Source of the DNA: Planctomycetota bacterium
Lineage (GTDB): Bacteria; Planctomycetota; UBA1135; GCA-002748355
DNA length: 64,000 nt
Reading direction: 5' to 3'
Assembly (NCBI GenBank): GCA_011321845.1
Contig: DROQ01000211.1
Location: forward strand, 21,911 to 85,910
Below are positions 25,460 to 36,127 of the stretch, piece after piece. Position numbers and translations under genes: made by a program. The notes beneath the pieces are model-generated. The model was not told the DNA's origin. It searched no databases and was given only the letters and a program-made list of their open reading frames with translations. Numbering within the stretch: the first letter of the stretch is position 1; each line of letters begins with the position of its first letter.

Positions 25460-26494
25460 ATGCGAAGGCCAATCACTCTGTTTACGGGTCAATGGGCGGA
25501 TTTGCCTCTGGTGGAGCTTTGTTCCAAGGCCCGGGATTTCGGGTATGAGGGGCTGGAGCTGGCGAGCTGGGGGGATCACTTCAGTGTAGAGCGGGCGCTG
25601 GGGGAGGATGGGTATTGTGCGGGGCTCTGGGACTTGCTCGAGGAGCACGGGCTCTCTTGCTGGGCAGTCAGCAACCATCTCGTGGGGCAGGCGGTCTGCG
25701 ATCCGATCGACGAGCGGCACCGTGGGATCCTGCCGGCCTCGGTCTGGGGCGATGGGGATCCGGAGGGGGTCCGGAACCGGGCCGCCGAGGAGCTGAAGAA
25801 CACCGCCCGGGCCGTGCGGCGGTTTTTCGACCAGGGCCCTTCCGAAGCAAGGGAGCGGGAACCCGTGGTGACGGGGTTCACAGGGAGCCCGATTTGGCAC
25901 ATGGCTTACGCCTTTCCTCCCGTCTCGGAGGATCGGATCGATGCAGGCTTTGGCGAGTTCGCCGAGCGCTTTCTTCCTATCCTGGAAGTGTTCGCGGAGG
26001 TGGGGCTGCGCTTTGCGCTCGAGGTGCACCCGACCGAGATCGCCTTCGACACGGCCACGGCCGATCGCGCGCTCGCTGCCCTGGGAGGACACCCATCCTT
26101 CGGATTCAACTTCGACCCTTCCCATCTGCTCTACCAGGGGGTGGACTACCTGGGATTCCTCCGGGAGTTCCATGACAGGATTTTTCACGTCCACGTCAAG
26201 GATGTGGCCATGGCCAAGGGGGCGACCCGGGCGGGGGTCTTTGGGGGGCATCTCCCCTTTGGGGCCTTGGACCGGTGCTGGGACTTTCGCTCTCCAGGGA
26301 GGGGGGACGTGGATTTCGAGGGGATTGTGCGGATCCTCCAAAAGATCGGCTACATGGGGCCTCTCTCGGTGGAATGGGAGGATCCGTTGATGGACCGGGA
26401 GCATGGGGCGGCAGAGGCCTGCGGTTTCGTGCGTCGCCTGGATTTTCCGCCCAGTATGCGCGCTTTTGACGCGTCATTTTCCGAGACTGATTGA
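25460..26494 (+). CDS. Sugar phosphate isomerase/epimerase (xylose-isomerase-like TIM barrel)
   Basis: Length and N-terminus ([14 protein letters not shown]), HVHVKD and LSVEWED metal-site-like blocks typical of AP_endonuc_2 TIM barrels. Confidence 0.65.
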   Translation: MRRPITLFTGQWADLPLVELCSKARDFGYEGLELASWGDHFSVERALGEDGYCAGLWDLLEEHGLSCWAVSNHLVGQAVCDPIDERHRGILPASVWGDGDPEGVRNRAAEELKNTARAVRRFFDQGPSEAREREPVVTGFTGSPIWHMAYAFPPVSEDRIDAGFGEFAERFLPILEVFAEVGLRFALEVHPTEIAFDTATADRALAALGGHPSFGFNFDPSHLLYQGVDYLGFLREFHDRIFHVHVKDVAMAKGATRAGVFGGHLPFGALDRCWDFRSPGRGDVDFEGIVRILQKIGYMGPLSVEWEDPLMDREHGAAEACGFVRRLDFPPSMRAFDASFSETD

Positions 26495-26503
26495 GTTCGT
26501 TCG

Positions 26504-27799
26504 ATGACACAAGCACCTCCTCTTTCTCCCACGATCCGGCGAAAGCTCTCGTGGATGATGTTCCTCCAATACGCGATCTGGGGTGCCTGGCTGCCCCTGC
26601 TCTGGCCCTACTTGTCCGGACACTTGGGGTTCGAGCCGGGGCAGATCGGTTGGATTTTTGCTGTGGGAGCGGTGGGGGCCATCCTGGCGCCTTTCGTAGC
26701 CGGGCAGATCGCCGATCGCTGGTTCGCGACGGAGCGCTTTCTGGGAATCAGCCACCTCCTCGGGGGAGCGCTGGTCTGGCAGCTCCCGGGGATCTCGAGC
26801 TTTCAGGGCTTCCTCCTGTTCAGTCTCCTTTATTCCTTGGTGTATTCCCCCACTTTGCCGCTGACCAACTCCCTGTCTTTTCATCATATTCCGGACAGGG
26901 ACCGGGATTTTGGGCGGATCCGCGTTTGGGGGACCGTGGGCTGGATCTTCGCGGGGATCGCGATCGGCCAATGGCTTGCCTACCGGCACACGCCAGCCGA
27001 AGGGAGTGTGGAGTTGATCGCGGCTGCCCAAAAAGCGGGGATGGCGGACGCCTTTCGGCTGAGCGCCATCCTTGGGATCCTCCTGGGGGTCTTCTGTTTT
27101 TTCCTGCCCCACACTCCTCCGAAAAAGGGAAAGGACAAGCTGGCGTTCAAGGAAGCCACCCAGGAGGTGCTCCACAGCCGGACGCTCTTGGTCCTCTTCC
27201 TCCTTGCCGTTCCGGTGAGCTGCATCCATCAGTTCTACTTTGTTCACACCGCCGGTTTCCTGGGAAACTATCAGCTTGGGGTGGAGACTTGGATCAATAA
27301 GATCTTTGGGGTGGGAGGAGGTGGATTGATGACCGTTGGGCAGATGTCGGAGATCCTGGTCCTCTCCTCCATTCCCTTGCTCGCACGACGTTTCACGCGC
27401 AAGACTCTGCTCGCCATCGGCCTCTTCGCCTACGCGGCGCGTATGGCCCTCTTCGCCTATGTGGACATTCTTCCGCTTCCAGTTCTCTTCACCCTGATTC
27501 TTGGGGTTGCGATGCACGGCCTCTGCTTTGGTTGCTTCATTTTCGTCTCCTTCATGATCGTGGATGAGGAGTGCACTCCCGATGTGCGTGCCAGCGCACA
27601 GAGTCTCTACAATCTTGTGATCATTGGGGTCGGGATCATCGTGGGGAGCAAGCTGGCCGACGCGGTCGCCAGTTGGGCCATGGGCGAGGGGAACAAGTTG
27701 GATTACCACAAACTCTTCAGCGTTCCGATGTGGGCGGCCCTCGCCTGCCTGCTTGTCTTATTCCTCTTCTACCCTCGTAAGAAGGGAGCCCTCTCATGA
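26504..27799 (+). CDS. MFS transporter, nucleoside:H+ symporter-like (NHS family)
   Basis: 12 predicted TM; N-terminus LSWMMFLQYAIWGAWLPLL resembles NupG LSFLQFCLWGSWL. Confidence 0.7.
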   Translation: MTQAPPLSPTIRRKLSWMMFLQYAIWGAWLPLLWPYLSGHLGFEPGQIGWIFAVGAVGAILAPFVAGQIADRWFATERFLGISHLLGGALVWQLPGISSFQGFLLFSLLYSLVYSPTLPLTNSLSFHHIPDRDRDFGRIRVWGTVGWIFAGIAIGQWLAYRHTPAEGSVELIAAAQKAGMADAFRLSAILGILLGVFCFFLPHTPPKKGKDKLAFKEATQEVLHSRTLLVLFLLAVPVSCIHQFYFVHTAGFLGNYQLGVETWINKIFGVGGGGLMTVGQMSEILVLSSIPLLARRFTRKTLLAIGLFAYAARMALFAYVDILPLPVLFTLILGVAMHGLCFGCFIFVSFMIVDEECTPDVRASAQSLYNLVIIGVGIIVGSKLADAVASWAMGEGNKLDYHKLFSVPMWAALACLLVLFLFYPRKKGALS

Positions 27800-29283
27800 A
27801 ACTCTCCATCTCCCTCAGCCTGGTCTTGGCCTTTGTTTGGGTGAGTTCCTCCCTGGGGAGAGGCCAGAGCCGCCCCCAAAAAACCAGCCCCCAAAAACTC
27901 CAAGTTCTCCTCCTGACGGGAGAGAACAACCATGATTGGAAGTGGACCTCCAAGGAGATCGCTAGTTTCTTGGATCGGTCGGGACGTTTTTCCGTGCGGG
28001 TCGAACCCCATCCCGCGGCCTTTTTGCGGGAGGGGAATTGGAGGGCTTTCGACGTTTTCTTCGTGGACTACAATTCGGCCTTCACCTCGAAAAAACGCTG
28101 GGGAGAGGAGGCGGAGAAGCATCTCCTGGAGGCCGTCCGGGAGGGAAAGGGGCTCGTTCTCCTTCATTCGGCGAACAACTCTTTTCCTGGCTGGGATGCC
28201 TGGGCGGAGCTAGCGGGTCTGGTCTGGCGAAACAAGAGTGGGCACGGGCGCTTCCACAGCTTCGACCTCACCTGGGAGCAGCCCGAACACCCGATTCTCA
28301 AGGGAATGCCCCGGATGTACAAGCATCCCGATGAGCTGTACCACCGTTTGGTGAATCCGAGGGGAGTCTCTTTCCAGGTGCTGGCCAAGGCGCTTTCATC
28401 CAGGGCTTCGGGCGGGACGGGGAAAAGAGAACCGATGGTCCTCGTCCATGAATTCGGCAAAGGCAGAGTGTTCCATACGACCTTGGGCCATGTCTGGCCC
28501 GGGAGCCTGAAATCCCGCGCCAGCCTCCAGGATCCCCTGCTGCGGCTGCTTCTCGCGCGGGGGACCGAATGGGCGGCGACGGGGGAGGTGACTTTGGCTG
28601 GCGAGCCTGCCCGGGTTTGGGATCCCAACCGCCTGAGTCCGGCGGAGAGGGCGGCGGGATTCCGCCTCCTTTTCGATGGGAAGTCCCCAGGGAGTTGGCG
28701 GGGGTACCGGCGCAAGGGATTTCCAAAGAAGGGGTGGGTCGTCGAGGACGGCTGCCTGCACCATCTCAAGAGGGGGGGAGGGGGAGATCTGGTCACGAGG
28801 CGGGAGTTCGAGGACTTCGAATTGAAACTCGAGTGGCGCATCGCCCCCGGTGGGAACAGCGGGATCATGTACCTCGTTTCCGAGGAGGAGCCCGCTCCCT
28901 GGATGACGGGGCCCGAGATGCAGGTTCTGGACAATGCCGCTTACCATGGGGGAAAGAACACATGGACTTCGGCGGGGGCACTCTACGCCCTGATTGCCTG
29001 CGGAGAGGATGTCGCCAGGCCCGCCCTCGCCTGGAACCAGGTCCGCATCCTGAAACGAGGGAACCACGTCGAGCACTGGTTCAATGGGGTCATGGTCCTC
29101 AGCTATGAGTTGGGCTCGAAACGGCTCCTGGACCTCATCCGGGGGAGTAAATTCGGCAAAATGCCAAAATTTGCCAGGGCTCGCAGGGGGTTGATCGCTC
29201 TCCAGGACCATGGAGACGAGGTTTGGTACCGGGGAATCAAGATCCGAGAGCTGAAAAGACCCGCGACAAGGAAATCCCGCTGA
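27796..29283 (+). CDS. Secreted ThuA-like domain fused to DUF1080 (3-keto-disaccharide hydrolase-like) domain
   Basis: ATGA-coupled to MFS gene; N-terminal LLLTGENNHDW..LLHSANNSF (ThuA-like); C-terminal FRLLFDGKS..GWVVEDG..GNSGIMY..IALQDHGDEVWYRGIKIREL (DUF1080). Confidence 0.7.
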   Translation: MKLSISLSLVLAFVWVSSSLGRGQSRPQKTSPQKLQVLLLTGENNHDWKWTSKEIASFLDRSGRFSVRVEPHPAAFLREGNWRAFDVFFVDYNSAFTSKKRWGEEAEKHLLEAVREGKGLVLLHSANNSFPGWDAWAELAGLVWRNKSGHGRFHSFDLTWEQPEHPILKGMPRMYKHPDELYHRLVNPRGVSFQVLAKALSSRASGGTGKREPMVLVHEFGKGRVFHTTLGHVWPGSLKSRASLQDPLLRLLLARGTEWAATGEVTLAGEPARVWDPNRLSPAERAAGFRLLFDGKSPGSWRGYRRKGFPKKGWVVEDGCLHHLKRGGGGDLVTRREFEDFELKLEWRIAPGGNSGIMYLVSEEEPAPWMTGPEMQVLDNAAYHGGKNTWTSAGALYALIACGEDVARPALAWNQVRILKRGNHVEHWFNGVMVLSYELGSKRLLDLIRGSKFGKMPKFARARRGLIALQDHGDEVWYRGIKIRELKRPATRKSR

Positions 29284-29647
29284 ACTTGGTTTTCCCTTGC
29301 GATGGGGCAGGGGGTCTGTTTACGGTTTCTGCGACACTTTGCCGCATTGCAACAGTGCCGCAGTCTCTCTAAGACCTTTGCCTTTTTACCTCTTCTGGCC
29401 CTCGGGCGATGAAGCTATGTTTCTGGTGGGCTTGGTCCCCGGAGCCATGTGGCTTCGCTGCCTAGGAGGGGAGGTTGGGGGTGTGGCGGGTTGGCCTTGC
29501 ATGTTTTTTCTCCTCATCGCAAGGACTCGAGGGGTGCGTGGCCGGATGATGACGGGTGCGACTTCCTCTCGCCATCTGGGCGGATGGTCAGGTTGGGCGG
29601 TTTTTTTGGGGCGGCTTTCTCACGAGGCGAAATCCTAGGTATCTCCT

Positions 29648-30298
29648 ATGGAACAACAGTTATTCCCGAAGTGGACGAATAAGATTCGGAATGTTCTTGG
29701 AGCGGGGGCGGGGGCCTTGGGCGTGTATGCGCTCATCTTCTTCGGCTACGCCGCCTCTCCTAAGACGATCAACGTCGGTTATCAACCCGAGCAGCCGGTT
29801 CCCTTCAGCCATGCGCTCCACGCGGGAGAGCTGGGAATGGACTGTCGGTATTGCCATAACACCGTTGAGACCGCGGCTTTGGCTGCAGTCCCCCCTACGG
29901 AGACCTGCATGAACTGCCATGCCCGAATCCGGACCAAGAGCCCCAAGCTGGCCCTGGTCCGAGAGAGTTACAGGACCGGAAAGGGGATTCCCTGGGTCAA
30001 GGTTCATGATCTTCCCGATTACGTCAAGTTCAACCACAGCGCACATGTCACCCGAGGGGTGAGTTGCGTCTCCTGCCATGGACGGGTGGATCGGATGGAA
30101 CAAGTTCGACAGGTCGAGCCTCTCAGCATGGGGTGGTGCCTCAACTGCCACCGAAACCCGGAGGCGGTCCTGAGACCCAAAGACAAGGTGACGGACCTCG
30201 CTTGGAAGCCCAAGGAATCCCAGGAGACCCTGGGGGCCAGGCTCAGGAAGGAATACAAGATCAACCCCCCGACCAACTGCTCGACTTGTCACCAGTGA
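29648..30298 (+). CDS. actA: Alternative complex III subunit ActA (pentahaem cytochrome c)
   Basis: Five CxxCH motifs: CRYCH, CMNCH, CVSCH, CLNCH, CSTCH; N-terminal TM; first gene of act cluster. Confidence 0.9.
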   Translation: MEQQLFPKWTNKIRNVLGAGAGALGVYALIFFGYAASPKTINVGYQPEQPVPFSHALHAGELGMDCRYCHNTVETAALAAVPPTETCMNCHARIRTKSPKLALVRESYRTGKGIPWVKVHDLPDYVKFNHSAHVTRGVSCVSCHGRVDRMEQVRQVEPLSMGWCLNCHRNPEAVLRPKDKVTDLAWKPKESQETLGARLRKEYKINPPTNCSTCHQ

Positions 30299-30389
30299 GG
30301 CCCTGTTGAACCCCCTTACGAATCCATCTCAGATGACATCCTCGAACAACCATTCGAAGCCACCTTCGGCGCTCTCTTCGGAGTCGCAT

Positions 30390-33368
30390 ATGACCGCGAA
30401 AAAGACCTATTGGCGCAGCCTGGACGAGCTGGCCGATTCTCCCGATTTCCGGCGCTTCTTGGAGCGGGAGTTCCAGGATCCGGAGAACATCCCTCCTGTG
30501 ACGCGCCGCCGATTCCTCCAGTTGATGGGGGCTTCGATCGCCCTCGCCTCGGCCGCGGGTTGTCGCTGGGAGGAGGACCACCTGGTCCCCCTGAGTTCCC
30601 GGCCCGAAGGCTTTGCGCCGGGAGTTCCCAGGCATTTCTCGACGACTTGGGATTTTATGGGGGTGGGCCAACCTCTGGTGATCACGAGCTATGACGGTCG
30701 ACCCATCAAGGTGGAGGGCAATCCCGACCATCCGATGAGTCTTGGAGCGACCAACACCTTTGCTCAAGCCATGATCCTGGAACTCTACGATCCCGAGCGG
30801 AGCCGTCTGGTCCTCTCCAAGGGAGAAGAGAAGACCTGGACCGATTTCTTCCGTCTCTGGCAGGGCCTGGCCAAGACCTTCAAGGGGAACGGGGGCGAGG
30901 GGCTTGCCTTCCTGGGCCTGGAAAGTTCTTCCCAGATCGCCGCGGAACTCGAGGGACGCCTGAAAAAGACCTTCCCCAAGGCTCGCTTCGTGAGTTACGA
31001 GGCGGCCGGACGGGACAATGTTCGGGAGGGGGCCAGGCTGGCTTTTGGGACCGAATTGGAGCCTGTCTACGAACTGGAAAGAGCGGACATCATTGCCAGC
31101 TTCGACTGTGACTTGCTCCACGGGGAGCCCGCTTCGGTTTCCTACCAGCGGGGTTTCGCCCGGCGTCGCTCACCCGAGGGGGCCGAGATGAATCGCCTCT
31201 ACGCGGTGGAGAGCAGCTATACACCCACGGGTGCCATGGCCGACCATCGTCTCCCACTGCGTTCGGAGCAGGTTGGAGTCATGATCGCGGCCCTCGAGGC
31301 CAAATTGATGGGCGAAGCGCTCCCCAAGGCCGAGTTCCTCGCGGACGGGAAGATCAAACAGTTCCTGGATGTCCTTGCGGAGGATCTCCTGGCTCACAAG
31401 GGGAAGGCCGTGGTCGCTGCTGGACCCCAACAGCCGGCCTGGGTCCACGCCAAGGTTTTCAACATCAACGCCAAGCTCGGAGGCTGGGGCTCGACCGTGA
31501 GGTTCCGGTCGGTCCCCGCCGGGGACAAGGGGATCAAGGCTCTGGCCTCTCTCGCTTCCGAGATGAAGGCAGGCAAGATCCAGACGCTCTTCGTCCTCGA
31601 AGGGAACCCTGTATACGATGCCCCCAAGGACCTGGACTTCGAGGCCTCTTTCGCCAAAGTCCCGACCACGGTCCACCTCGGAACGCGGGTGGATGAAACG
31701 GGCAAGCTCGCCACTTGGCATCTCCCCCTAAGCCACCCCTTTGAAAGCTGGGGCGAAGCCGTGGGGGCGGATGGTTCCCTCTGCCTTTCTCAACCCCTGA
31801 TCGAGCCGCTCTATGGGAGCGCCTCTCGGATCGAACTCCTCGCCTTTCTGGAGAAGGGGAGCTGGACCAAGGGCAAGGATCTGGTCCGGGAATGGTTCAA
31901 GGGCCGAAAGGGGAGCAAGGATGAGGATTGGAAGAAGGCATTGATCCGCGGATTCCTCCCCGGAGAAGGGTTCGCCAGCGTGGGGGCTCCCAAGAGGGTT
32001 CCCCTCCCCAAGCTTGGGGCCTCGGCGACCGCAAGCCGCCTCCCGGCGGGGCAGGTCGAGCTGGTCTTTGGTGCGGATCGTTCCACATACGATGGGCGCT
32101 TCGCCAACAATGGTTGGCTCCAGGAGCTGCCCGATTTCATCACCAAGTTGACATGGGATAACGCGGCTTTCATCGGGTTCCAGACTGCCAAGGACCTTGG
32201 TTTGAAAAATGGGGACATGATCCGCCTGAGCCATGGGGGTCGTAGCCTGGAACTCCCCGCCTATCTCCTCCCCGGGCAGGCAGAAGGTTCGGTTTTCCTG
32301 CCTCTCGGCTATGGGAGGCGTGAGGCCGGAACGGTCGGAGGGTCCAAGGAAAAGGGGGTGGAGCCGGTCGGTTTCGACACCAATCTCCTGAGGTCTTCCC
32401 AGGCCGCTTGGATCGCCACCGGGGCCAAGGTGGAGCCCACGGGGGCCCACTTCACCCTGGCCATGACCCAGGATCATTTCGCGATCGACGCGATTGGAAT
32501 GAAGGGACGTCGGGAGAAGGCGGAGAGCTTGATCCTCGAGGCCGATTTGGAGGAATTCCGCAAGGATCCCGAGATCGTAGATGAGGAGTCCAAAACCTTT
32601 TTGGAAGCACCTTCCCTCTTTACCGAGATCGAATACAAGGGGGAACAAAAGTGGGGGATGTCCATCGATTTGGCCAAGTGCACGGGATGCAACGCCTGTG
32701 TGGTGGCTTGCCAGTCCGAAAACAATATCCCCGTCGTAGGCAAAGAGCAGGTTCTCCATGGAAGGGAGATGCATTGGATCCGCATTGACCGCTACTTCTC
32801 TGGAGAGCCCGAGGATCCGCAGATCGTCCAGCAGCCGATGCCTTGCTTGCAGTGCGAGCTGGCACCCTGTGAGCAGGTTTGCCCTGTAGCAGCCACCACG
32901 CACAGCGAAGAGGGCCTGAACGACATGGCCTACAACCGCTGCATCGGGACTCGATACTGTGCGAACAACTGCCCGGTCAAGGTCCGGAGGTTCAACTACT
33001 TCAACTACTTCAAGAAGGAAGATTATGACGAATCCTTCGAGGTGAAGAAGCTGATCTTCAACCCTGAGGTCACCATCCGACATCGGGGTGTCATGGAGAA
33101 GTGCACCTACTGCGTGCAGCGCATCAAGGCTGTCAAGATCCCAGCCAAAAACGAGGGACGCACCTTGAAGGACGGCGAAATCAAGACGGCCTGCGAGCAG
33201 GTCTGTCCCGCCGAAGCCATCCGCTTCGGCGATTTGAAGGATGAAGGGAGTCGTGTCTCCAAGGACCACTCCAATCCTCGAGTTTATGAGCTGCTGCCCG
33301 AGCTGAAGCTGAAGGCGCGCACGAAATATCTGGCCCGCATTCGAAACCCTAACAAGAAACTGGGGTGA
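30390..33368 (+). CDS. actB: Alternative complex III subunit ActB (molybdopterin-oxidoreductase-like plus 4Fe-4S domain)
   Basis: [14 protein letters not shown], Tat motif [20 protein letters not shown], Fe-S clusters [37 protein letters not shown]; ATG 30390 with GGAG RBS (TTG 30306 / ATG 30333 alternatives). Confidence 0.9.
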   Translation: MTAKKTYWRSLDELADSPDFRRFLEREFQDPENIPPVTRRRFLQLMGASIALASAAGCRWEEDHLVPLSSRPEGFAPGVPRHFSTTWDFMGVGQPLVITSYDGRPIKVEGNPDHPMSLGATNTFAQAMILELYDPERSRLVLSKGEEKTWTDFFRLWQGLAKTFKGNGGEGLAFLGLESSSQIAAELEGRLKKTFPKARFVSYEAAGRDNVREGARLAFGTELEPVYELERADIIASFDCDLLHGEPASVSYQRGFARRRSPEGAEMNRLYAVESSYTPTGAMADHRLPLRSEQVGVMIAALEAKLMGEALPKAEFLADGKIKQFLDVLAEDLLAHKGKAVVAAGPQQPAWVHAKVFNINAKLGGWGSTVRFRSVPAGDKGIKALASLASEMKAGKIQTLFVLEGNPVYDAPKDLDFEASFAKVPTTVHLGTRVDETGKLATWHLPLSHPFESWGEAVGADGSLCLSQPLIEPLYGSASRIELLAFLEKGSWTKGKDLVREWFKGRKGSKDEDWKKALIRGFLPGEGFASVGAPKRVPLPKLGASATASRLPAGQVELVFGADRSTYDGRFANNGWLQELPDFITKLTWDNAAFIGFQTAKDLGLKNGDMIRLSHGGRSLELPAYLLPGQAEGSVFLPLGYGRREAGTVGGSKEKGVEPVGFDTNLLRSSQAAWIATGAKVEPTGAHFTLAMTQDHFAIDAIGMKGRREKAESLILEADLEEFRKDPEIVDEESKTFLEAPSLFTEIEYKGEQKWGMSIDLAKCTGCNACVVACQSENNIPVVGKEQVLHGREMHWIRIDRYFSGEPEDPQIVQQPMPCLQCELAPCEQVCPVAATTHSEEGLNDMAYNRCIGTRYCANNCPVKVRRFNYFNYFKKEDYDESFEVKKLIFNPEVTIRHRGVMEKCTYCVQRIKAVKIPAKNEGRTLKDGEIKTACEQVCPAEAIRFGDLKDEGSRVSKDHSNPRVYELLPELKLKARTKYLARIRNPNKKLG

Positions 33369-33374
33369 TCCTGG

Positions 33375-34820
33375 ATGTCCAACGAGCTGAGTAGTGTCGA
33401 TTTTCTAGCGGATGACCCCACGCAGAGGGCTCCGCTGGTTTCTCCAGACCTTGAATTCAAGGATGTCACGGAGACTGTCTGTGGAGTTGCCGAGAAACCC
33501 AGGCCTCCCAAAGCTTGGTATGTAGCCTTTGGGATCTCCCTGGCTCTCACGGGGATGTTGTTCTCCATGATCGCCTACCTGGTCATCACCGGTGTAGGGG
33601 TCTGGGGAAACAACTCTCCTGCCTTTTGGGGCTTCCCCATCGTCAACTTCGTGTTCTGGGTAGGAATTGGCCACGCAGGGACCTTGATCTCCGCGATCCT
33701 CTTTCTCTTCCGGCAGAAGTGGAGAACCAGCATCAACCGCTTCGCGGAGGCGATGACGATCTTCGCTGTCGTTTGCGCGGGCTTGTTCCCCGGGATTCAC
33801 GTCGGCCGTATCTGGTTCGCGTACTGGCTCTTTCCCATCCCCAACCAGATGGAAATGTGGCCCAACTTCCGCTCACCCCTCCTTTGGGACGTTTTCGCGG
33901 TGGGGACCTATGCGACCGTCTCTCTCCTGTTCTGGTATTTCGGGATGATCCCCGATCTCGCCAGCCTCAGAGACAGGGCCAAAGGCAAGATCGCCAAGCT
34001 TCTCTACGGGATCTTTTCACTGGGATGGTCAGGCTCGGCTCGGCATTGGCATCGTTACGAACGCGCCTATTTGATTCTGGCTGCCCTGGCAACACCGCTG
34101 GTCCTCTCCGTCCACTCGGTCGTTTCCTTCGACTTTGCCGTCGCTCAGCTCCCGGGCTGGCACTCGACCATCCTCCCTCCCTACTTCGTCGCAGGCGCCA
34201 TCTTCAGTGGATTCGCGATGGTGGTGACCCTGATGTTGCCCGCCCGCTTGCTCTTCGGTTTGGAAAAGATCGTGACCATGCGGCACATCGAAAACATGAA
34301 CAAGGTCATCCTCGCGACGGGAATGATGGTGGGTTACGCCTATGCGATGGAGTTTTTCATTGCTTGGTATAGCGGGTCCCCTTCGGAACGCTTCGTCTTC
34401 ATCAACCGGGCCTTCGGTAACTATGCCTGGGCCTATTGGATCATGGTGAGTTGCAACGTGTTCATTCCGCAGCTCTTCTGGTTCAAGAAACTCCGTCGGA
34501 ACCCCTGGGTGATCATGTTCGTTGTCCTGTTTGTCAACGTGGGCATGTGGTTCGAACGTTTCGTGATCGCGGTTACATCCCTTACCCGGGATTTTACTCC
34601 CGCGAGCTGGGGTTATTTCTCACCGACTTGGATTGATATTGGAATGCTGGTCGGGAGCTTTGGACTCTTCTTCACCTTGTTCCTCCTCTTCCTGCGCTTC
34701 TTGCCGATTGTCGCGATCTCCGAAGTGAAAGGAGTGATGCCACAAGCGCATGGGCATCAGGACGGAGGCCATGGTGAGGTCAAGGAAGCAGCTGAGGCTG
34801 GCGCAAGCACCAACTCCTAG
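33375..34820 (+). CDS. actC: Alternative complex III subunit ActC (NrfD/PsrC-like quinol-interacting membrane subunit)
   Basis: ~10 TM helices, position after actB, size 481 aa. Confidence 0.85.
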   Translation: MSNELSSVDFLADDPTQRAPLVSPDLEFKDVTETVCGVAEKPRPPKAWYVAFGISLALTGMLFSMIAYLVITGVGVWGNNSPAFWGFPIVNFVFWVGIGHAGTLISAILFLFRQKWRTSINRFAEAMTIFAVVCAGLFPGIHVGRIWFAYWLFPIPNQMEMWPNFRSPLLWDVFAVGTYATVSLLFWYFGMIPDLASLRDRAKGKIAKLLYGIFSLGWSGSARHWHRYERAYLILAALATPLVLSVHSVVSFDFAVAQLPGWHSTILPPYFVAGAIFSGFAMVVTLMLPARLLFGLEKIVTMRHIENMNKVILATGMMVGYAYAMEFFIAWYSGSPSERFVFINRAFGNYAWAYWIMVSCNVFIPQLFWFKKLRRNPWVIMFVVLFVNVGMWFERFVIAVTSLTRDFTPASWGYFSPTWIDIGMLVGSFGLFFTLFLLFLRFLPIVAISEVKGVMPQAHGHQDGGHGEVKEAAEAGASTNS

Positions 34821-34875
34821 ACCATTCTTGAGACCCTCCCTTGAAAGAAACACAAACAAAACTCGGTTTTGAAAA

Positions 34876-36114
34876 ATGACGGATAAGAGCATGCAAGCAT
34901 CCGCAAATGCAGACCCCAAAGGGGAATCTGCCCCAGTCGCAGGGATCCTGGCTGAGTTCGATGGGCCAGGGGCTCTGAAAAAGGCTGCGGTCCAAATCAG
35001 AGACGCGGGGTTTACCCGTTGGGACTGCTATTCCCCTTTCCCCGTCCATGGGATTGATCCAGCTATGGGGGTTCGCCCAACCATCCTCCCCTGGATCATC
35101 CTGGGGATGGGGCTCACTGGTCTCACGATCGCGACGGCTCTCCAGTGGTGGACCAATGGAGTGGACTATCCTTTCTTGATCTCAGGCAAGCCCCTCTTTG
35201 GATTGCCGGCGAACATCCCGATCATGTTCGAGCTGACCATTCTCCTCAGCGCCTTCGGTGCCTTCTTCGGCGCCCTGATTCTCAATGACCTCCCCAAATT
35301 CTACCGGCCGATCTTCTCTTCCAAGCGTTTCAAGAAGGTGACCGACAACGGATTCTTTATTGGGATCGAGGCCAGTGACCCTCATTACGACTCGAAAAAG
35401 ATCCAGAGCCTTTTCCGCCAGATGGGTCCTCTTTCGGTGGAGGAGTTCCATGATACGGATCCTCAGGGCGCTCTCCCAAAGGCGTTCTTTCGCGTGGGAA
35501 TCATCCTCTTCCTCTTGGGACTCATCCCTCTTGCTTTGGCCTTGAAGTCCAGACACTCCACCTCAAGCAGTCCTCGTTGGCATTTCTGGAGGGATATGGA
35601 TTTTCAACCTGTGGCCAAAGCCCAGAGAGCCAGTGCTTTCTTCCCCGATGGCAGGGTGATCCGTCCCCAGGTGGAGGGAACCTTCGCCCGGGAGCAGGCT
35701 GATGACAATCCCCATCTCAACCAGGGGCGCGTGAACGGCAAGTTCGCCACGACCTTTCCCATGAAACTCTCCATGGAGATGCTGGAGAGGGGGAAGGATC
35801 GCTTTGATACCTACTGTGCTCCCTGTCATGGCAAGGACGGGAGAGGGCAGGGTCTTGTTGCGAAACGTGCATCTACCCTTGGCGAAGGGACCTGGGTGCC
35901 GCCAAGCAATCTGGTCGATCCCCGCATTGAAAAGATGCCGGTGGGCGAGATCTATCAGGCCATTCGATATGGCGTTCGAAACATGCCCAAGTATGGGCCA
36001 CAAATCAAAGTCGAGGACCGCTGGGCGATCGTTGCTTACATTCGGGCACTCCAAAGGAGTCAGAATGGAACGATCAAAGATGTCCCGGAAGCCGACCGTG
36101 GGAAACTGAAGTAG
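34876..36114 (+). CDS. ActD-ActE fusion (DUF3341 membrane domain plus monohaem cytochrome c)
   Basis: N-terminal ILAEFDGPGALKKAAVQIRDAGFTRWDCYSPFPVHG (ActD/DUF3341), C-terminal CAPCHGKDGRG and PKYG..AIVAYIRAL cytochrome c. Confidence 0.85.
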   Translation: MTDKSMQASANADPKGESAPVAGILAEFDGPGALKKAAVQIRDAGFTRWDCYSPFPVHGIDPAMGVRPTILPWIILGMGLTGLTIATALQWWTNGVDYPFLISGKPLFGLPANIPIMFELTILLSAFGAFFGALILNDLPKFYRPIFSSKRFKKVTDNGFFIGIEASDPHYDSKKIQSLFRQMGPLSVEEFHDTDPQGALPKAFFRVGIILFLLGLIPLALALKSRHSTSSSPRWHFWRDMDFQPVAKAQRASAFFPDGRVIRPQVEGTFAREQADDNPHLNQGRVNGKFATTFPMKLSMEMLERGKDRFDTYCAPCHGKDGRGQGLVAKRASTLGEGTWVPPSNLVDPRIEKMPVGEIYQAIRYGVRNMPKYGPQIKVEDRWAIVAYIRALQRSQNGTIKDVPEADRGKLK

Positions 36115-36127
36115 GGAGCCGAAAGAG

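Noticed and set aside
29569-29607. Rho-independent terminator at the T7 run (29601-29607)
   Set aside because: Only weak 4-5-bp stems precede the T-run and it lies ~320 nt after the preceding stop. This is not convincing as a terminator, so I mention it only within the leader finding.
29297-29638. 113-aa ORF in the actA upstream region
   Set aside because: It has no RBS, an odd composition (Cys/Trp/Gly-rich), and no motif. I treat the region as a non-coding leader.
31728-33269. 513-aa ORF on minus strand
   Set aside because: It is antisense to actB, whose Tat signal and Fe-S motifs are unambiguous.
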